Positions 1 to 13,520 of a stretch of DNA of 64,000 nucleotides are shown here, piece by piece. Position 1 is the first letter of the stretch; every line of letters begins with the position of its first letter. The stretch lies in contig NC_068982.1 of NCBI RefSeq assembly GCF_001194135.2, positions 96,652,734-96,716,733 on the forward strand, in the 5' to 3' direction. The notes below the pieces were generated by a model. That model was not told where the DNA came from. It searched no databases and saw only the letters and a program-made list of their open reading frames with translations. Made by a program: the position numbers and the translations under genes. The stretch comes from Octopus bimaculoides (Eukaryota).

Positions 1-175
1 GAACGGGGTTGTGGTCAGGAGAGGACGTGCTAAGCGACGGTCTAGGTTTGGGAGAAGCAGCTGCTATTGCTAGTGTTCTTTGGGTCGGGGCAAGCTTTGA
101 GGATCGGATACCGCAAGACAGACGAAAGGAAAACCGAGGTAAGGCGATTACATCTACTCGCACACATACACCACA
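1..175 (+). mobile_element. 3' part of a Gypsy-type LTR (same family as 56737-57134), cut by the window edge
   Basis: Clear similarity to 56950-57134 (AAGCGACGGTCTAGGTTTGGGA...AAACCGAGGTAAGGCGATTACATCTACTCG). Ends in the same ACCACA terminus at 170-175. Confidence 0.75.
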
Positions 176-300
176 TCTTCTTAGAACTCAAATTAATGAA
201 ATTAAACATATTTTATTGAACAAGATTATAAGTAATCAATATATACATATGTGTGTGTGTATGTGTGTTTGTGTGCACACACACACACACACATATATAT

Positions 301-500
301 TGGTTTCAAATTTTGGCACACAGCCAACAATTTCAGAGAAGTGGGTAAGTCGATTACATCAGATGTGGTGTGCAGGAGAGATTTTTTTTATCAATCCAAA
401 AAAGGATGAAAGGCAGAATTGACCCCAGTAGGATTTGGACTTAATGTGCAGAAAGTTGGAATAAAGGTTGCAAGGCATGCACTCAAATGGTCTAATAACT
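301..500 (-). mobile_element. Degenerate tRNA-derived SINE (Meta-domain-like family)
   Basis: Shares AAGTCGATTACATC and AAAGGATGAAAGGCA motifs with copies at 4425, 14430 and 27765. Family name is from recalled consensus, not a search. Confidence 0.6.
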
Positions 501-1194
501 CTACAAAATCACCACCTTCATCCTGATGATATCGAAGCAGAATATAACATCAACAAATAATGGTGGTTATTTATATGAGGCAACATTGAACTTCTCAACT
601 TAGCAGACAAGAATTCCAATCTCAGCTAACTTTAGACTTATTGATCTTTGGGTGACCCTTATCTACTTCTGCTTACATCCCCATGTTCATCTGGAGAATA
701 TAGTTGTTACTAAATACCATCAAAAGAAGTGAAATCAGGTATTGAATCAATGCAGTAGAAGCTGCCTTTGGTAACCAAAGTATTTTACTAAGCCTTAAAG
801 CTCAACACTGGCTTTAAACTACTTATTTAAACTTTAATGCTTATAATCTCTTTTCCTATTTTAACTATCCTGCCAGAATGTTCTTGAGAGTCAACATTTG
901 AAAGATTGAAAGGAAAAGTCAACCTTGGTAGAAATTGGAACATAAAGACAGACAAATGCTGCTAAGCATTTTGCTTGGTATGCTAACAATTCTGCCAATA
1001 AATAAATAGAGAGAGAGGAGAGGGGGAGGGAGAGAAAGAGAGAGATGCATTGAATACGAATACCAACAGTATGGTTGGGAGAAATACCTCAGGGGATTGT
1101 CCTGTATACAATACAATAGTGTTTTACTTATGTCATATATTGACTTGAAAAACATCAATAAGCTGAGATTATCCAAGCAGGTAGGAGACAAAAT

Positions 1195-1800
1195 CATCAT
1201 CATCATCATCATTTAAGATCTGCTTTCCATACTGGCATGGGTCAGACAGCTTGACTAGAACTGAATTTGGCTTGGTTTCTACAGCTGGATGCTCTTCCTA
1301 AAGCCAACCACTCTGAGAATGTAGTAGATGCTTCCTACATGTCACCAGCATGGGTGTTTTTACATGTTACCGGCACCAACTACAACTACAATTTCACTTG
1401 GCTAGACAAGTCTTCTCAAGTACAGCAAATCACCAAAGGTTGCGATCACTTGTCATCACCTCTGTGAGGCCCCACATTCAGAGATCATGCTTCACCACTT
1501 TGTTCCATGTCTTCCTGGGTCTACCTCTTCCACAGGTTCCCTCCACAATAAAAGATCAGCACTTCTTTAAACAGCTGTCCTCGTCATATGCATCACATGA
1601 CCATACTAGTGCAGATATCTCTCTTGCACACCACATCTGATGCCTCTTATGCCCAATTTTTCTCTTACACTCTGCCGTACATGTACACTGATATTGCACA
1701 TTCAGTAGAGCATGCTAGATTCATTTCTTTCAAGCCTTCACATGTCCTCTGCCATCACAGCCTTTGTTTCACTGTCATGTAGCATGGCTGTTTTCACACA
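1195..1800 (-). mobile_element. RTE LINE 3' fragment
   Basis: (CAT)n tail on +, followed by sequence similar to the 3' UTR and C-terminal coding part of the RTE copy at 35793-37895. Confidence 0.7.
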
Positions 1801-2437
1801 GGTGTCACACAATTTGCTTTCACTCTGAGGGAGAGGCCCTTTATAGCCAACAAAGACAGAAGCTCTCTGAATTTTGCCCAGCCTATTCCTATTCTTATTC
1901 TAGCAGCCACAACCTTGGAGCATTCCCCTTCACTGCTAACTTGGTCACCTAGGTAATGAAAGCTACCAACTACTTCTAGGTATCTCCCCTGGCATTTGAA
2001 GGAGTCTATTTTCTATATATTTCTATAAAATAAATCCACTAAATTCTAAACAGATATTACAAGATGTATAATTCACTATAATAAGTAATGGTTATACAGT
2101 AGTACTAACAGAGGTTTTCCTTGGTTTGCAATGCTGAGTTAAATCTCTCATGTATGGAAAAGTTATCTCCACGAGGAGATGTGTATCCCATTTGCTTAAA
2201 CTCAAAACTATAGCAAGATGGGATTGAGGATGATAGTTGCTCTACATGCAGGTTTGAAAGGATTCAAGATTTCCTCTGGTTTATAATATCTCTTAATTAA
2301 GGTGAAAGGTGGTGCTGAAAGTGTCTTTACTCCTAGGCACTGCAGACCCTTGTGTGGTACTATTTAACATTACAGAAATTAGAAATATGCACCAGTTCTG
2401 TCTCATGAAGGATGAAATAACATTAGAAATATTAATT

Positions 2438-3640
2438 ACTAGCAGAAATACCCGGCTTTGCCCGGGTTAAAGAGAATAATGAAATCTAAAAACGCCGTCT
2501 AGACTACGCAACCCTCAACTGTTAGTAGCTACGATACCATATTTGTACATTAATAACTCTCCAATGCATGCCAGCATGGAACATAGACATTAAGTGGAAT
2601 GCCAGTCTCTCATCTGGGAAGGCCTTGAAATCAATGTTACCAACTGGGGACTATGTGTCGCAGTGATAATAAAAAGACTCAAAGGAGGTCTGCAATGAAA
2701 TAATTTTACTCAACACTTTGCAAGTGAATCAGTGGAGGCAAAGATGCGTCTCATTTACTTGACAATTTATGCACCACATTGCAGAAATCACAATGTAAGT
2801 ATANNNNNNNNNNNNNNNNNNNNNNNNNNNNNNNNNNNNNNNNNNNNNNNNNNNNNNNNNNNNNNNNNNNNNNNNNNNNNNNNNNNNNNNNNNNNNNNNN
2901 NNNNNNNNNNNNNNNNNNNNNNNNNNNNNNNNNNNNNNNNNNNNNNNNNNNNNNNNNNNNNNNNNNNNNNNNNNNNNNNNNNNNNNNNNNNNNNNNNNNN
3001 NNNNNNNNNNNNNNNNNNNNNNNNNNNNNNNNNNNNNNNNNNNNNNNNNNNNNNNNNNNNNNNNNNNNNNNNNNNNNNNNNNNNNNNNNNNNNNNNNNNN
3101 NNNNNNNNNNNNNNNNNNNNNNNNNNNNNNNNNNNNNNNNNNNNNNNNNNNNNNNNNNNNNNNNNNNNNNNNNNNNNNNNNNNNNNNNNNNNNNNNNNNN
3201 NNNNNNNNNNNNNNNNNNNNNNNNNNNNNNNNNNNNNNNNNNNNNNNNNNNNNNNNNNNNTATATGTATACATATACATCTCTCTCTTTCTCTTTCTCTC
3301 TTTCTCTCTCTCTGAAAGTATCTGTCATTACAGTATCGAAATGTGATTGTTTCAGTTAGTGGAATATTTTCATTTTTAAAGTGAAAGTATTTGACATGAG
3401 TGTTTTTGTTTCACTTTTGACACGTAATACTTAAATAGTGGAGGAGATATTATGTTGCCGTGGGCTCGAACTCTGCAAGAAGTTAAACATTTTTTTTGAC
3501 TTAAACACAACTGGAACCCTAAGTAAGGCATCTGTAAAATTTGAATGAAATTGGTTGCGTAGTTCTCGAGTTTTAGGGATTCACACACACACACACAGAC
3601 AGACAGACAGACACACATTCTCATTTTTATATATATAGAT
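2438..3640 (+). mobile_element. Putative non-autonomous Helitron/Helentron-like element spanning an N-gap
   Basis: 5' end ACTAGCAG...ACCCGGCTTTGCCCGGGT (short subterminal hairpin). 3' end has a (CA)/(CAGA) microsatellite then TTTTATATATATAGAT. This matches DINE/HINE-like architecture. Continuity across gap 2804-3260 is inferred. Confidence 0.45.
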
Positions 3641-3674
3641 AACAGAAATAAAAAAGGAAAAATATAAACATGAA

Positions 3675-4053
3675 CAGCTGTGACTGTGTGATAAAAAGCT
3701 TACTTCCAAACCACATGGTTCCAGGGTTCAGTCCCACTGCATGGCACCTAGGGGAAGGTGCCTTCTACTATAGTCTCAGGCTAACCAAAGCCTTGTGAGG
3801 GGATTTGGTAGACAGAAACTAAAAGAAGCCCAACATGTGTGTGTGTGTGTGTGTGTGTCCTACCACTGCTTGACAACTGGTATTGGTGATTTTATATCTC
3901 CTGTAACTTTAAGGTTCAGCAAAAGGGATCAATAGAATAAGCATCAGACTTAAAGGTAAGATAATTACTGGGGTCAATTAATTTGACTAAAATTCTTGAA
4001 GGTGGTGCTCCAGCATGGCCACAGTCTAATGACTGAAACAAGTAAAAGAAAAG
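3675..4053 (+). mobile_element. tRNA-derived SINE, near full length (CORE/V-like head, internal (TG)n)
   Basis: tRNA-like head with GGTTCAGTCCCACTG B-box-like motif, central (TG)n, tail GGTGCTCCAGCATGGCC...ACAAGTAAAAG. Partial copies at about 28372-28510(-), 28935-29100(+), 33235-33400(+) and 40310-40460(-). Confidence 0.7.
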
Positions 4054-4424
4054 ACATACAATTAACAGAGTCAAATATTTCCCCAATATTGTTGATGAAA
4101 TATTCAACTGCCAAGTAGAGGTCTGTGAAGGTCATTATCACATATTTAGTTAGTAAAAGGGCAAACAGATGTGCCATCTGTTATTGGCAGATAAATTTCA
4201 AACTAGGAATTGTTCAATAATCCTCTTTTCAACTTAATCTTCCATTGTGTGTGAGCACATGTGCATGTATTATCTAAATGTCAATCAATTTTTTTTTTCA
4301 TCGCTGTATTAAAATATATAAATTAAACTCTCTATTTTGAAAGTGTGTAATAAAAATGAGAAATCACTTCTATTTAATAGATTTCTATTACTAGTTCAAG
4401 CTCTCTTACATTATTTATGTTGCT

Positions 4425-4570
4425 AATTCAAATTCCGACGAGGTTAACTTTGCCTTTCATCTTTTCAAGGTCGATAAATTAAGTACCAGTTGAGTACTGG
4501 AGTCGATTTAATCGACTTAACCCCACCCCCAAAATTTCATGCCTTGTGCCTATAGTAGAAAGGATTATTT
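4425..4570 (+). mobile_element. 5'-truncated tRNA-derived SINE (Meta-domain-like)
   Basis: TTCAAATTCCGACGAGG...GGTCGATAAATTAAGTACCAG core shared with the other copies. Confidence 0.65.
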
Positions 4571-5099
4571 ATGCTGCTAATATTTTTCAGAAAGACATGA
4601 ATACATCACATCATATGTACCCATGTGGTATTACTAAATTCTTAATGAAGATAGACTACTAACAGAGTAACAGGCATACTCCTTTTAGTTTTTCCAGTTA
4701 GACAAAATTTAGAATAATAAACATTTTGGTCATTCTAAGATGAATTGTCATGAAATAAAAATGATTTGTTGGACAATTAACTTTAGCTTATATTTTTAGT
4801 GTTTTTATTAGTGAACCCCAAATGATTGTCTTGAATTTGAAAAATGGATAGCAACAATCAGGAGAGTAAAGAGAGATATGGGTATACAACTGATTTGAAG
4901 TTGTAAATTGCCATTATTTTCAACTGAATTTTTATTAGCTACATCTATTCCCCTTAAGACTCTCAGCTCTTCAAGTTTATTAAAAAAAAAAGATTGTCAG
5001 ACTTACTCTGCTTCCATGAATAGACACTATGGAAATATCCTCCAGAAGCAAGAGGCTGGATCAACAAAATTGTCAATAATATGGGGCTATACCATTATT

Positions 5100-5560
5100 A
5101 GATCATAATCTGGAAGTATACAGGTCATCTCTGGTAGATTATACTTAGTGGTATAACCAAGTCTTGAACATCCTTGCTAATACACTAAAACAGCAATGCA
5201 TCATCACCAATGCAATGTGGATTAACATCAAAGTTTCACAGAAAAAGCAATGCAAGAGTGTAAGCAAAGGAATGGTACTAATGGCCCGCCTTATAAAATA
5301 ATGAGGCAAAGTCTAGTTCTTAAGGCATGGTCTGATTGTGGAAGATAACATGGAATGGGTACATGAAAGAAAGTAATTATAATATGAAGAACTCAAAAAG
5401 GTATGTGAGGTACAATGATGGCAGTGCACAGTACTTCTAGCAGAGGTGAATGTTGTGGATTTGTAATAGGACAAGGATGTCCTGTTTGGTTGGAACTGGA
5501 TGTAGAAGGACTAGCAGAGCAGTGATTTATAAATTACAGATAAGAATATAAAATGCTTCA
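5100..5560 (+). mobile_element. Highly decayed RLE-type non-LTR retrotransposon fragment (HERO/NeSL-like, R2 superfamily)
   Basis: Manual translation across stops and frameshifts gives Y.T.W.YNQVLNILANTL, VEDNMEWVHERK and YEELKKVC...W.C...EV. These resemble the RHxxVL and WEENxEEAHERKxxKY-EVGxRG motifs of the restriction-like endonuclease. Confidence 0.55.
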
Positions 5561-6408
5561 ACACAGATGTAACCAGAAATATGTGAAACAAAGACTAAAG
5601 CTAAGAGTGAAAAAGAAATTTTCAGTAAGTATTAAAACAAAGTATTCATTGGATGATAATATATGTTATATAGTGACTTGATAAACCTGGATCAACCGAG
5701 AATATCCAAGCAGCTTAGTTATAAAAAAAAAAAAGAATGATATAATGTACAATTCACCACAATGAGTAATAGTAACACTGTATGTAACATCAACAGTTGC
5801 TTCTGGTTTGATAGCATGGATGCTTGAATGATACAAGGAAAAATGCTACAGTGTGAACCAGAAGAATCCAGACATTTCCTGATTACTTGGGGGTGGGGGG
5901 AATATACTGTTGGAAATTCTTATGATCTCCAATGATCTCTATTCAACATCTGATGATGGGCATGTCCCACAGTGTAATCTGCATGTAAAAATTAGCGTCA
6001 ACCTAATAACATTTAATAGCAATAATTGACACAATTTGCATACATATCTAAGAAACAGCTTTAATTGACTAAGTTCAAGTGTAACCTGTATTGGAGTATT
6101 GTTCACATATTTGTGATGACATTGCTGTTAGACAAATATTCTACTTTGCTTCATTCTGTCAGCACCAGAAATTTTTTATCTTTTTATCCAGACATTGAAT
6201 ATGAAAATCAACATGAAAGAGAATGAATTCTTTCTCAACTATTTCAAGTAATGTGAAATGGTTAGTTGAATGAGAAACCTTTGACAATATCTATTTCACC
6301 TAGTTTTGAGAATGTATACACTTCTACTTTGGTGCTATGATCCAAGAACACTTGTGAGGCCCCAATAATGAAAATGCATAATTCTAAAACATTATTTGTC
6401 AACTTCTA

Positions 6409-6411
<3 letters not shown>

Positions 6412-6454
<43 letters not shown>

Positions 6455-6732
6455 NNNNNNNNNNNNNNNNNNNNNNNNNNNNNNNNNNNNNNNNNNNNNN
6501 NNNNNNNNNNNNNNNNNNNNNNNNNNNNNNNNNNNNNNNNNNNNNNNNNNNNNNNNNNNNNNNNNNNNNNNNNNNNNNNNNNNNNNNNNNNNNNNNNNNN
6601 NNNNNNNNNNNNNNNNNNNNNNNNNNNNNNNNNNNNNNNNNNNNNNNNNNNNNNNNNNNNNNNNNNNNNNNNNNNNNNNNNNNNNNNNNNNNNNNNNNNN
6701 NNNNNNNNNNNNNNNNNNNNNNNNNNNNNNNN

Positions 6733-6821
<89 letters not shown>
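6412..6821. repeat. (TA)n and (CA)n microsatellites flanking N-gap 6455-6732
   Basis: Directly visible. Confidence 0.95.
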
Positions 6822-6823
<2 letters not shown>

Positions 6824-8669
6824 TTTCTTCTTACATGATTTAACTGACATTGTAAAACATGAAAATAAGTGATCTTTAAAAATCGGTTACATTTACTATT
6901 TGAATTGTTTTATTAACTTGTATCCTCAAATCACGTCCTGTGCAATTATTGCATTTGTATTACCAAAATCGGTAGAGATCTATCTTCGTTGGTGTGAAGG
7001 GAGTTAAAAAGGACAACCATGGATAATTTATTTATTTATTTTATCTTTCCGCAATGTTCGAAAGTTTTGCTGTCACCGAAAGTTACAAATGGTGACCCAA
7101 AAACCTTTAGAACAGACATTTTTTCCTGATTGAACAGCACGTGTGCACAGTTTTTTTGTTTTTTTTTCCATGCTATCAGCCAGCACATTGCTTACAAGCA
7201 TATCAGCAATTTTCGAAGCACACTTTTTTAACGATAATAACAATTACGAATTTTCTATTTTTTTATGTTTTTAACATGCAAATTTTCATCATATTTCAAA
7301 CAACTCCAGTTTCCCAATCAGACGGAAACTTATCTCCACGATTAGAACCCAGTTCCTCGCGAAATATTGCCTCAGAGACTACTCATTTAAGCCAGAAAAT
7401 CACAAAAAGTAAGGGACCTCCTCATCAACCCGATGAGGGTTACACGATCCTGGAGCTCGTATGGTGCACTTCCTCGCTGGACTGAGTATGGTTACATCAA
7501 CTGATTCCAACAGTTGGAAGATTGTAAGTCATCTCAGCTCCTGCGAAAAATGCAACAACTATTCGAATAAAAGATACCACAACGAAACACATATTTCTCG
7601 AACTAATACACTAATCCTGGCATCGACTAAAAACAACGCCAATATGTGATACACTGGCTGAAATGGAGAACAGATTATGATAGTCTCTTCACCCTTATCG
7701 CCCTAACACTACAGAGACGTCTTTCGGTGACGAAGTAGCAGCCCAGATACTCTGCATTTTAGCTTTCCTTTGAGATCAATAAAATCAGATCACTAACACA
7801 GTGGACCGTTTTAAGCATTCGTAAATATATTGTATATATACACTGGGTTCAAATGGTGACTATTTGAAATCTGTCATCGAACCCTGTTCTGTTGATTGAT
7901 TGAATTTGTAGGCTGTTAGTCGATATTACTAGTCTTTTTGTTGGACCCTACCCATGTTTTCCTATTTAACTCCTACACATTTTAAATGACAACCCTCAAA
8001 ATTAATGAGCGAAAACTGTAGATTTTGCATATATGAGTGTTTGTCTACGGCGGGAAAGAAAAAAGGTTTTGTTTTTCAATATTTTTACTTGAGTATGAAA
8101 ATAAAGCTGTTTTTATGACTTAAGCCAATTATTGCGACCAGGTCACCTCTTCGTGTATAATCATGTAACATGTATTAACGCATATATATATATAGAGAGA
8201 GGGAGATGTGTGTGATGTCGAGATATTCTATAAACTGAAACATACAATGTAAATACCATGTGCGTATGTATGCATGTAATATGCATGGTTTCACATAACG
8301 ATATATATGATATATAGTCAAAATTTATAAACAAAATATGACGCCAACTAATGCTGGTGAATACTACTTTTGTTTGTTACCCTTTTCGTGTATTATATAT
8401 ATTTACAAACAATATGCATGTCGGATGTGTGTACATGAGGTATACCAACATAAATCCCCGACTGTATTTAAATGTTGGATAAGACTATGTGTATCTGGAG
8501 AAAGTTTTAAAAGTTTTATATCATGTTCAGTAACTTAGTAAGAATTTAATAACATGCAACACAACTAAAATAAAGTCGGAAAAATATACATGAATTAAGA
8601 AATATAAACAATTTTAAGTCTGATTTTAAGTAAGGTTCTCCGTCAGACAATTTCTACCCAGTGAAAAAG

Positions 8670-8715
<46 letters not shown>

Positions 8716-8984
8716 CATACGCACACTTAATAGAATAGACATAATATTACTTATATGTCTAAAATTAAGAAACCAATAACTGAATGAATACATTAAAAAA
8801 CACGCTAACAACGATATTAATAATAGATAATCATAGGAGAATAAAAGTTGTTGAGAGACAAACCTGCGGTGGTAAGTTCGAGTTAGTCAATTGTCAAAGA
8901 AGTTAGAGGAATGATATAAGTGCCAAGTAGCTTTTTGTTCAGTTGTGTAACGAAGTTAATTGTTGTAAGTTCTCAGCCGGGAAC

Positions 8985-9030
8985 CTCCGACTACGCGACG
9001 TAGTAACAGCTGGCGCTGTTGTCACGTCAA
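8985..9030. promoter_or_regulatory. Candidate promoter core at the edge of a CpG-rich block
   Basis: Adjacent palindromes ACTACG-CGA-CGTAGT (8990-9004) and AACAGC-TGGC-GCTGTT (9005-9020), then a CRE-like TCACGTCA. Lies at the right end of the CpG-rich block 6900-9050. Confidence 0.35.
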
Positions 9031-9769
9031 TATACTCTCACCATCACTGCCACCACATTACAAACAATACTATAAACCTGATAGTTTTGGAAAGTAACAT
9101 ACATACGTCTTTGTGAGTATGTGTGTGAGAGAGAACGTACGTATATCACACTAACACACACACACACATACATACATACATACCTGTGTCTATATATGCA
9201 GATGTATTTTCCAGGTTAGTATTGTGCTGATTATCATGATCCAAGTCACCTCTCATTAGGAACAATCGCTCTTAAAGATAAAGTTTTCATATGTGTCATT
9301 TGGCTTGGTTTCTATGGCTGGCTGCCTTCTCTAACACCAACCAATTAACAGTATGCGCTGGAGCATTTTCACATAGCACCAACTCAAGAGATGTTGAATA
9401 GTCCTCAATTAGGATCTTGTTGTATCCATTGCTTGTCAGAAAAGTGTAAAAGATAGGACAGAAAGTAACAATAAGTCAAATAAAAAAAGCATAATGAAAA
9501 CCAAAAGTGCATGTACTGTACACAATTAAAACGCAAGACGACAGAGAAGTGAATAGTAAAAAACACATAAAGAGGAAAGTGTGCAGAGGCACATCAGGAG
9601 TAGTGGTGGTGAATTTTGGGAAGCATGGAATTTTAAAGCTATGGACACATAAGAGATGGTTACCTTTGTGTGTGATAGATGCACAGGAACAATAAGCACT
9701 AAGAGCACACAGGACTTAGACTCTCTCAAATGCCCAGGAAACTCTCTCAAGGTAGTAGATAGTTTCTGT

Positions 9770-11467
9770 TACCCAGGGTAATGCTCTAAAAGTATTGTTT
9801 CTAGAATACGAATAGGATGGAGAAAGTTCAAAGAGCTACTACCTCTGTTGGAAACAAAAGGACTCTCTCTCAGAGTGAAAGGTAGAGTGTATGATACTTG
9901 TGTACAAACAGCTATATTCCATAGTAGTGATACATGGGCTCTGAATGCAGAGGACACATGTAGACTAGAGAAACAAAGGCAGTATGCACATGAACAACAA
10001 AGCGCAAATGTGTTGAGAGAAAAGTTGGACATAAGAGGCATCAAATGCAGTATGCAAGAGAGGAGACTACATTGGTTTGGACACATGATGTGTATGAATG
10101 AAGACAGTTGTATAAAGAAGTGCAGGTCACTGAAAGTGGATGGCACCTATGGAAGAGGGAAAACCCAGGAAGACATGGGATGAAGTGGTGAGGACTGATC
10201 TCAGGATGCTGTGACTCACAGAAAAAATGACACTGGACCAAGATGTCTGGCAATATGAGGTTCTAGAGAAGACCTGCCCACATCAGTGAACCTGAATTCT
10301 AGAAGCATTGTGTCCCACCCATATGTAACAATAAAACTTTTACACACGCTACCCCAACAAACCAAACTGCATCCCCACTTCCTTCCCAAACTGTCTCTCT
10401 TCTCTCCCTCACATTTCCTCTTCATACACTATGATTATCTTCCACTCCTCAATCCTGTCCTTGCTACCCTGCACGCTGTATCATTGCTACCCCCATCCCC
10501 TCCCCCTCTATATGCCCAGATTATCACCAGTCACTGCATTCCTCCACTCTCACTCCTGACTCGCAACTCCTTGGCAATACCCTGCCAGCACCTGCCACCA
10601 TTCATCTCCCTCTTCCTTACTCTACCATCCCATCTAAGCCCTGATCCCTGTTCCTTGCAAGTATACCCTGGCACTTGCCACCATTCCTTTGTTGCTTTTG
10701 CAGTCTCCTACTCTCTTTCTCTCTCCCTCTCTCTCTCTCCCTTTCCCTTACTCTCCCCTCTGAGTAATCATGTATTTCCTCTCCAGTAACAAACCTATTT
10801 CTGCCCTCATTCTTGATCACTTTCCCTCTTTTAGCAACAAACCTGTTTCTGTCTTCATTCTTGATCACTCTCTCTCTCCCTCCTTCCCTTACTCTTAGCT
10901 CTGGTTAGGTAACCATGTATCTCCTTTACATCAGCACACCTCTTTCTTGTTAACTCCCACTCTCTTTCTAGGTAACTGTTTCTGCCCTCATTCTTGTTAA
11001 CTCTTGCTCTTTTTCTCTTCCTCTCTCTCTGGTTGGGTAACCATGGACCTCCTCTACAGCAAGACATCTGTTTCTGCCTCTCTGTCACACTCTTTCAGGA
11101 TCTGACACAAGATCACCTCCAATGTCCCCTCCCCTCTCAAAGACTCTTTGTCTTACAAAGTCACTTGGTAACCCTGCCTGTGCAGGTGCCACTTAAGCAC
11201 CCAATCCACATTGTAAAGTGGTTGGCATTAGGAATGGTAGCCAGCTGTAAAAACCATGCCAAATCTGACCTCGACTGTGTGAGTGCCACATAAAAAGCAC
11301 TCAGCCACTCTACAGAGTGGTTGGTGTTAGGAAGGGCACCCAGCCATAAAAACCATGCCAAAACAGACACAGAAGCAAAGCACAGGCTCCCACTTGACCA
11401 GCTCCTATCGAACTATCCAACCCATGCCTGCATGGAAGGAAGATGTTAAATGAGGATGATGATGATG
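9770..11467 (+). mobile_element. RTE LINE 3' fragment (C-terminal ORF, pyrimidine-rich 3' UTR, GAT tail)
   Basis: ORF 9848-10183 ([17 protein letters not shown]...ERRLHWFGHMM) is homologous to the RT C-terminus at 36473-37000. Ends in (GAT)n near 11455-11467. Confidence 0.8.
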
Positions 11468-11544
11468 TTCTGACAGCTGACAACCAATGTGAGTAGTTTA
11501 GTCCATGCTTTGAGAATTTTAAGCAAGAAAAATATTTCCAAAAG

Positions 11545-12130
11545 TCAGGGATGTTGTGCTGCTTTTGATTTTATAAGCATGTCAATGAACAGCAGAAGTA
11601 CTGGTTTCAAAAACATGGCCAAAGTTGTTGGAAAGAAGTGGATAATCTCATGAACTTCTACCAAATCAGTTGCTAGACATTGAAACTTGTGTGTCAATGC
11701 CCAGAGAAGCAAGACATTCAAGACATGGTAACAGAGAGTATTTTGTCTGGTTGCACATCTCTGGACAGCTCCCAGTAGACTGATATTCAGGACAAGACTG
11801 AGGTTCCTAACTGGAGATACAAATTGTAAGTGTGAATATGTCATAACTATAGACAGCTTTAAAAAGATAGCTGGTAGTTGACAAAAGTCTTACAGAGTGA
11901 TGCTAAGACACGGTCTGCATTTTTGACAATTTTAGAAATGTGATTCATCCAAGGCAGATCACTGTTGACAAAAATGTCCAGGTCATGTTCACCAGTGAAT
12001 TCCTTAAAGTTTGTGTTGTAGAAGAAGTAGGAAAATTTTGTGGTTTTCCTCTCAAAATGTATACAATATAAGGTGGTCCATTTGCCTCCCACCAGCTTGA
12101 GTTGCCATTCAGCTATCCATTGCTGCATTA
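11545..12130 (-). mobile_element. CR1/L2-like LINE, decayed C-terminal RT fragment
   Basis: ORFs with WIAEWQLKL, DLDIFVNSDLPWMNHISKIV and SHLQFVSPV...AVQRCATR, typical of the CR1 post-RT region. Confidence 0.7.
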
Positions 12131-12159
12131 TGTCTGGTCAGATTGCAGAAATGGTCTAT

Positions 12160-13520
12160 AATGTACAGGGTGTTCAGGCTAAATTTAATGATTTTTTAAT
12201 GTCTCCTTTTTTGTTTTTAGTGACAGCTTGATGTATTGGTGAACAGTCAATAGCATTAGAGAGCATAAAGATTAATGATGTTTTAGGAGGTTGAGTAGCA
12301 TAGTTCTGACCCTCATAGAATTACAATTTCTTGAGTCTAAATGTGTCAGGTATAACAGCAGAAAAAAATACAAGAACATGAGTTGTAATTGACTGCCACA
12401 CTATTCAACTACCTAACGAAAGGTACAGTAGACGGTACATTTTGAATAATACTGTCTGAAGAAAATATACATATTGGTTTCTCATGCAGTTGGATCTTGG
12501 TGATGTGTGCTTGATAGAACAGGAAACAAATATGTGACATGATTTACAGGAACGGACATAATGCATCAAAGCTGAGATCTGAACTCAGTCATGCCTCCCA
12601 CCTCACTGAAGAATAGCGGGAAAGATTCCTCTTTTTAAAGCTGATTAGGAGCACCAGCAAACAAGCATAATCTGCCTGTGCTAGGCTGGTCTGTCATGTG
12701 ATGGGATTGGATAGCCTGTGTAATCCAGAAAGACTCAATCGATGTATATGCCATCACATGTATATGCCATCACATGCGACCACTTGTAGAAATTCATGTA
12801 TGAGCCAATATCAGGGTATTTAAGGCTAGACAGTCAAATCATAAACATACTTCTGCTACAATGTAGTTGAGAAGTTAGCTGACATGGAGGACTTGAAGTC
12901 ATTTGAAAAGAGTTACCTGTATCATGATGATTCACACTGGGTATCAAAATGCTGACCTCATGACTGTTGCTCAGTGCTCTATGAATATTGTTGAGGCTGT
13001 AAGACATGACATGGACATCATGAAAACCAATGTCTCCCAAATTGTGATGGTCTTTCAGTGTGTCTCAAGTAAGGATGACACCATGCCACCCTCATATCTT
13101 TCAACAGGGTCTTAGGCTCGATTTAGATGACTATGTGAAACTGTTGGAGACTGTGGTCAAAGTTTGGCTGGAGAGGGTTACTGCTGGAAGGCCATATGTG
13201 TGGCACCAGGATTTGGCTTCTCGCCATACCTGTACAAAGAATCAGAAGTATTTATTGGAGAATTTCTATAACTTTACCAGTCCAAGGATTACTATATGTG
13301 AGGCGCTGTTGAGAAAGACACCAACTGTTCTGCCTGCAACACCAATGCAGAGCTTGTGGCCAAGATCAAGGAGGTGTTTGAATATCTTCCCAGGGACACA
13401 GTGAGGAACAAATGCACTAGGTTCCAGAGCCGTCTTGAGGAAGTGTGGAATCTGAAGGTGGCTACTTTGAGTAAACTGTTATCTCCCAGCCAGTTTCTAG
13501 TTTATATACTTTCGATTTTT
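12160..13520 (+). mobile_element. Decayed maT/DD37D-like Tc1-mariner element with internal insertions
   Basis: TIR-like start TACAGGGTGTTCAGGCT at about 12161. Transposase fragments 13010-13470 read VMVFQCVSSKDDTMPP and GLRLDLDDYVKLLETVVKVWLERVTAGRPYVWHQD. Confidence 0.55.

Noticed and set aside
2729-3346. Long ORFs spanning N-gaps (also 6392-6872, 18478-19344, 41939-42445, 56677-57064)
   Set aside because: Artefacts of N runs translated as X.
10780-11100. Repeated CT-rich modules (TTCTGCCCTCATTCTTG)
   Set aside because: Internal low-complexity repeats of the RTE 3' UTR, not an array with spacers.
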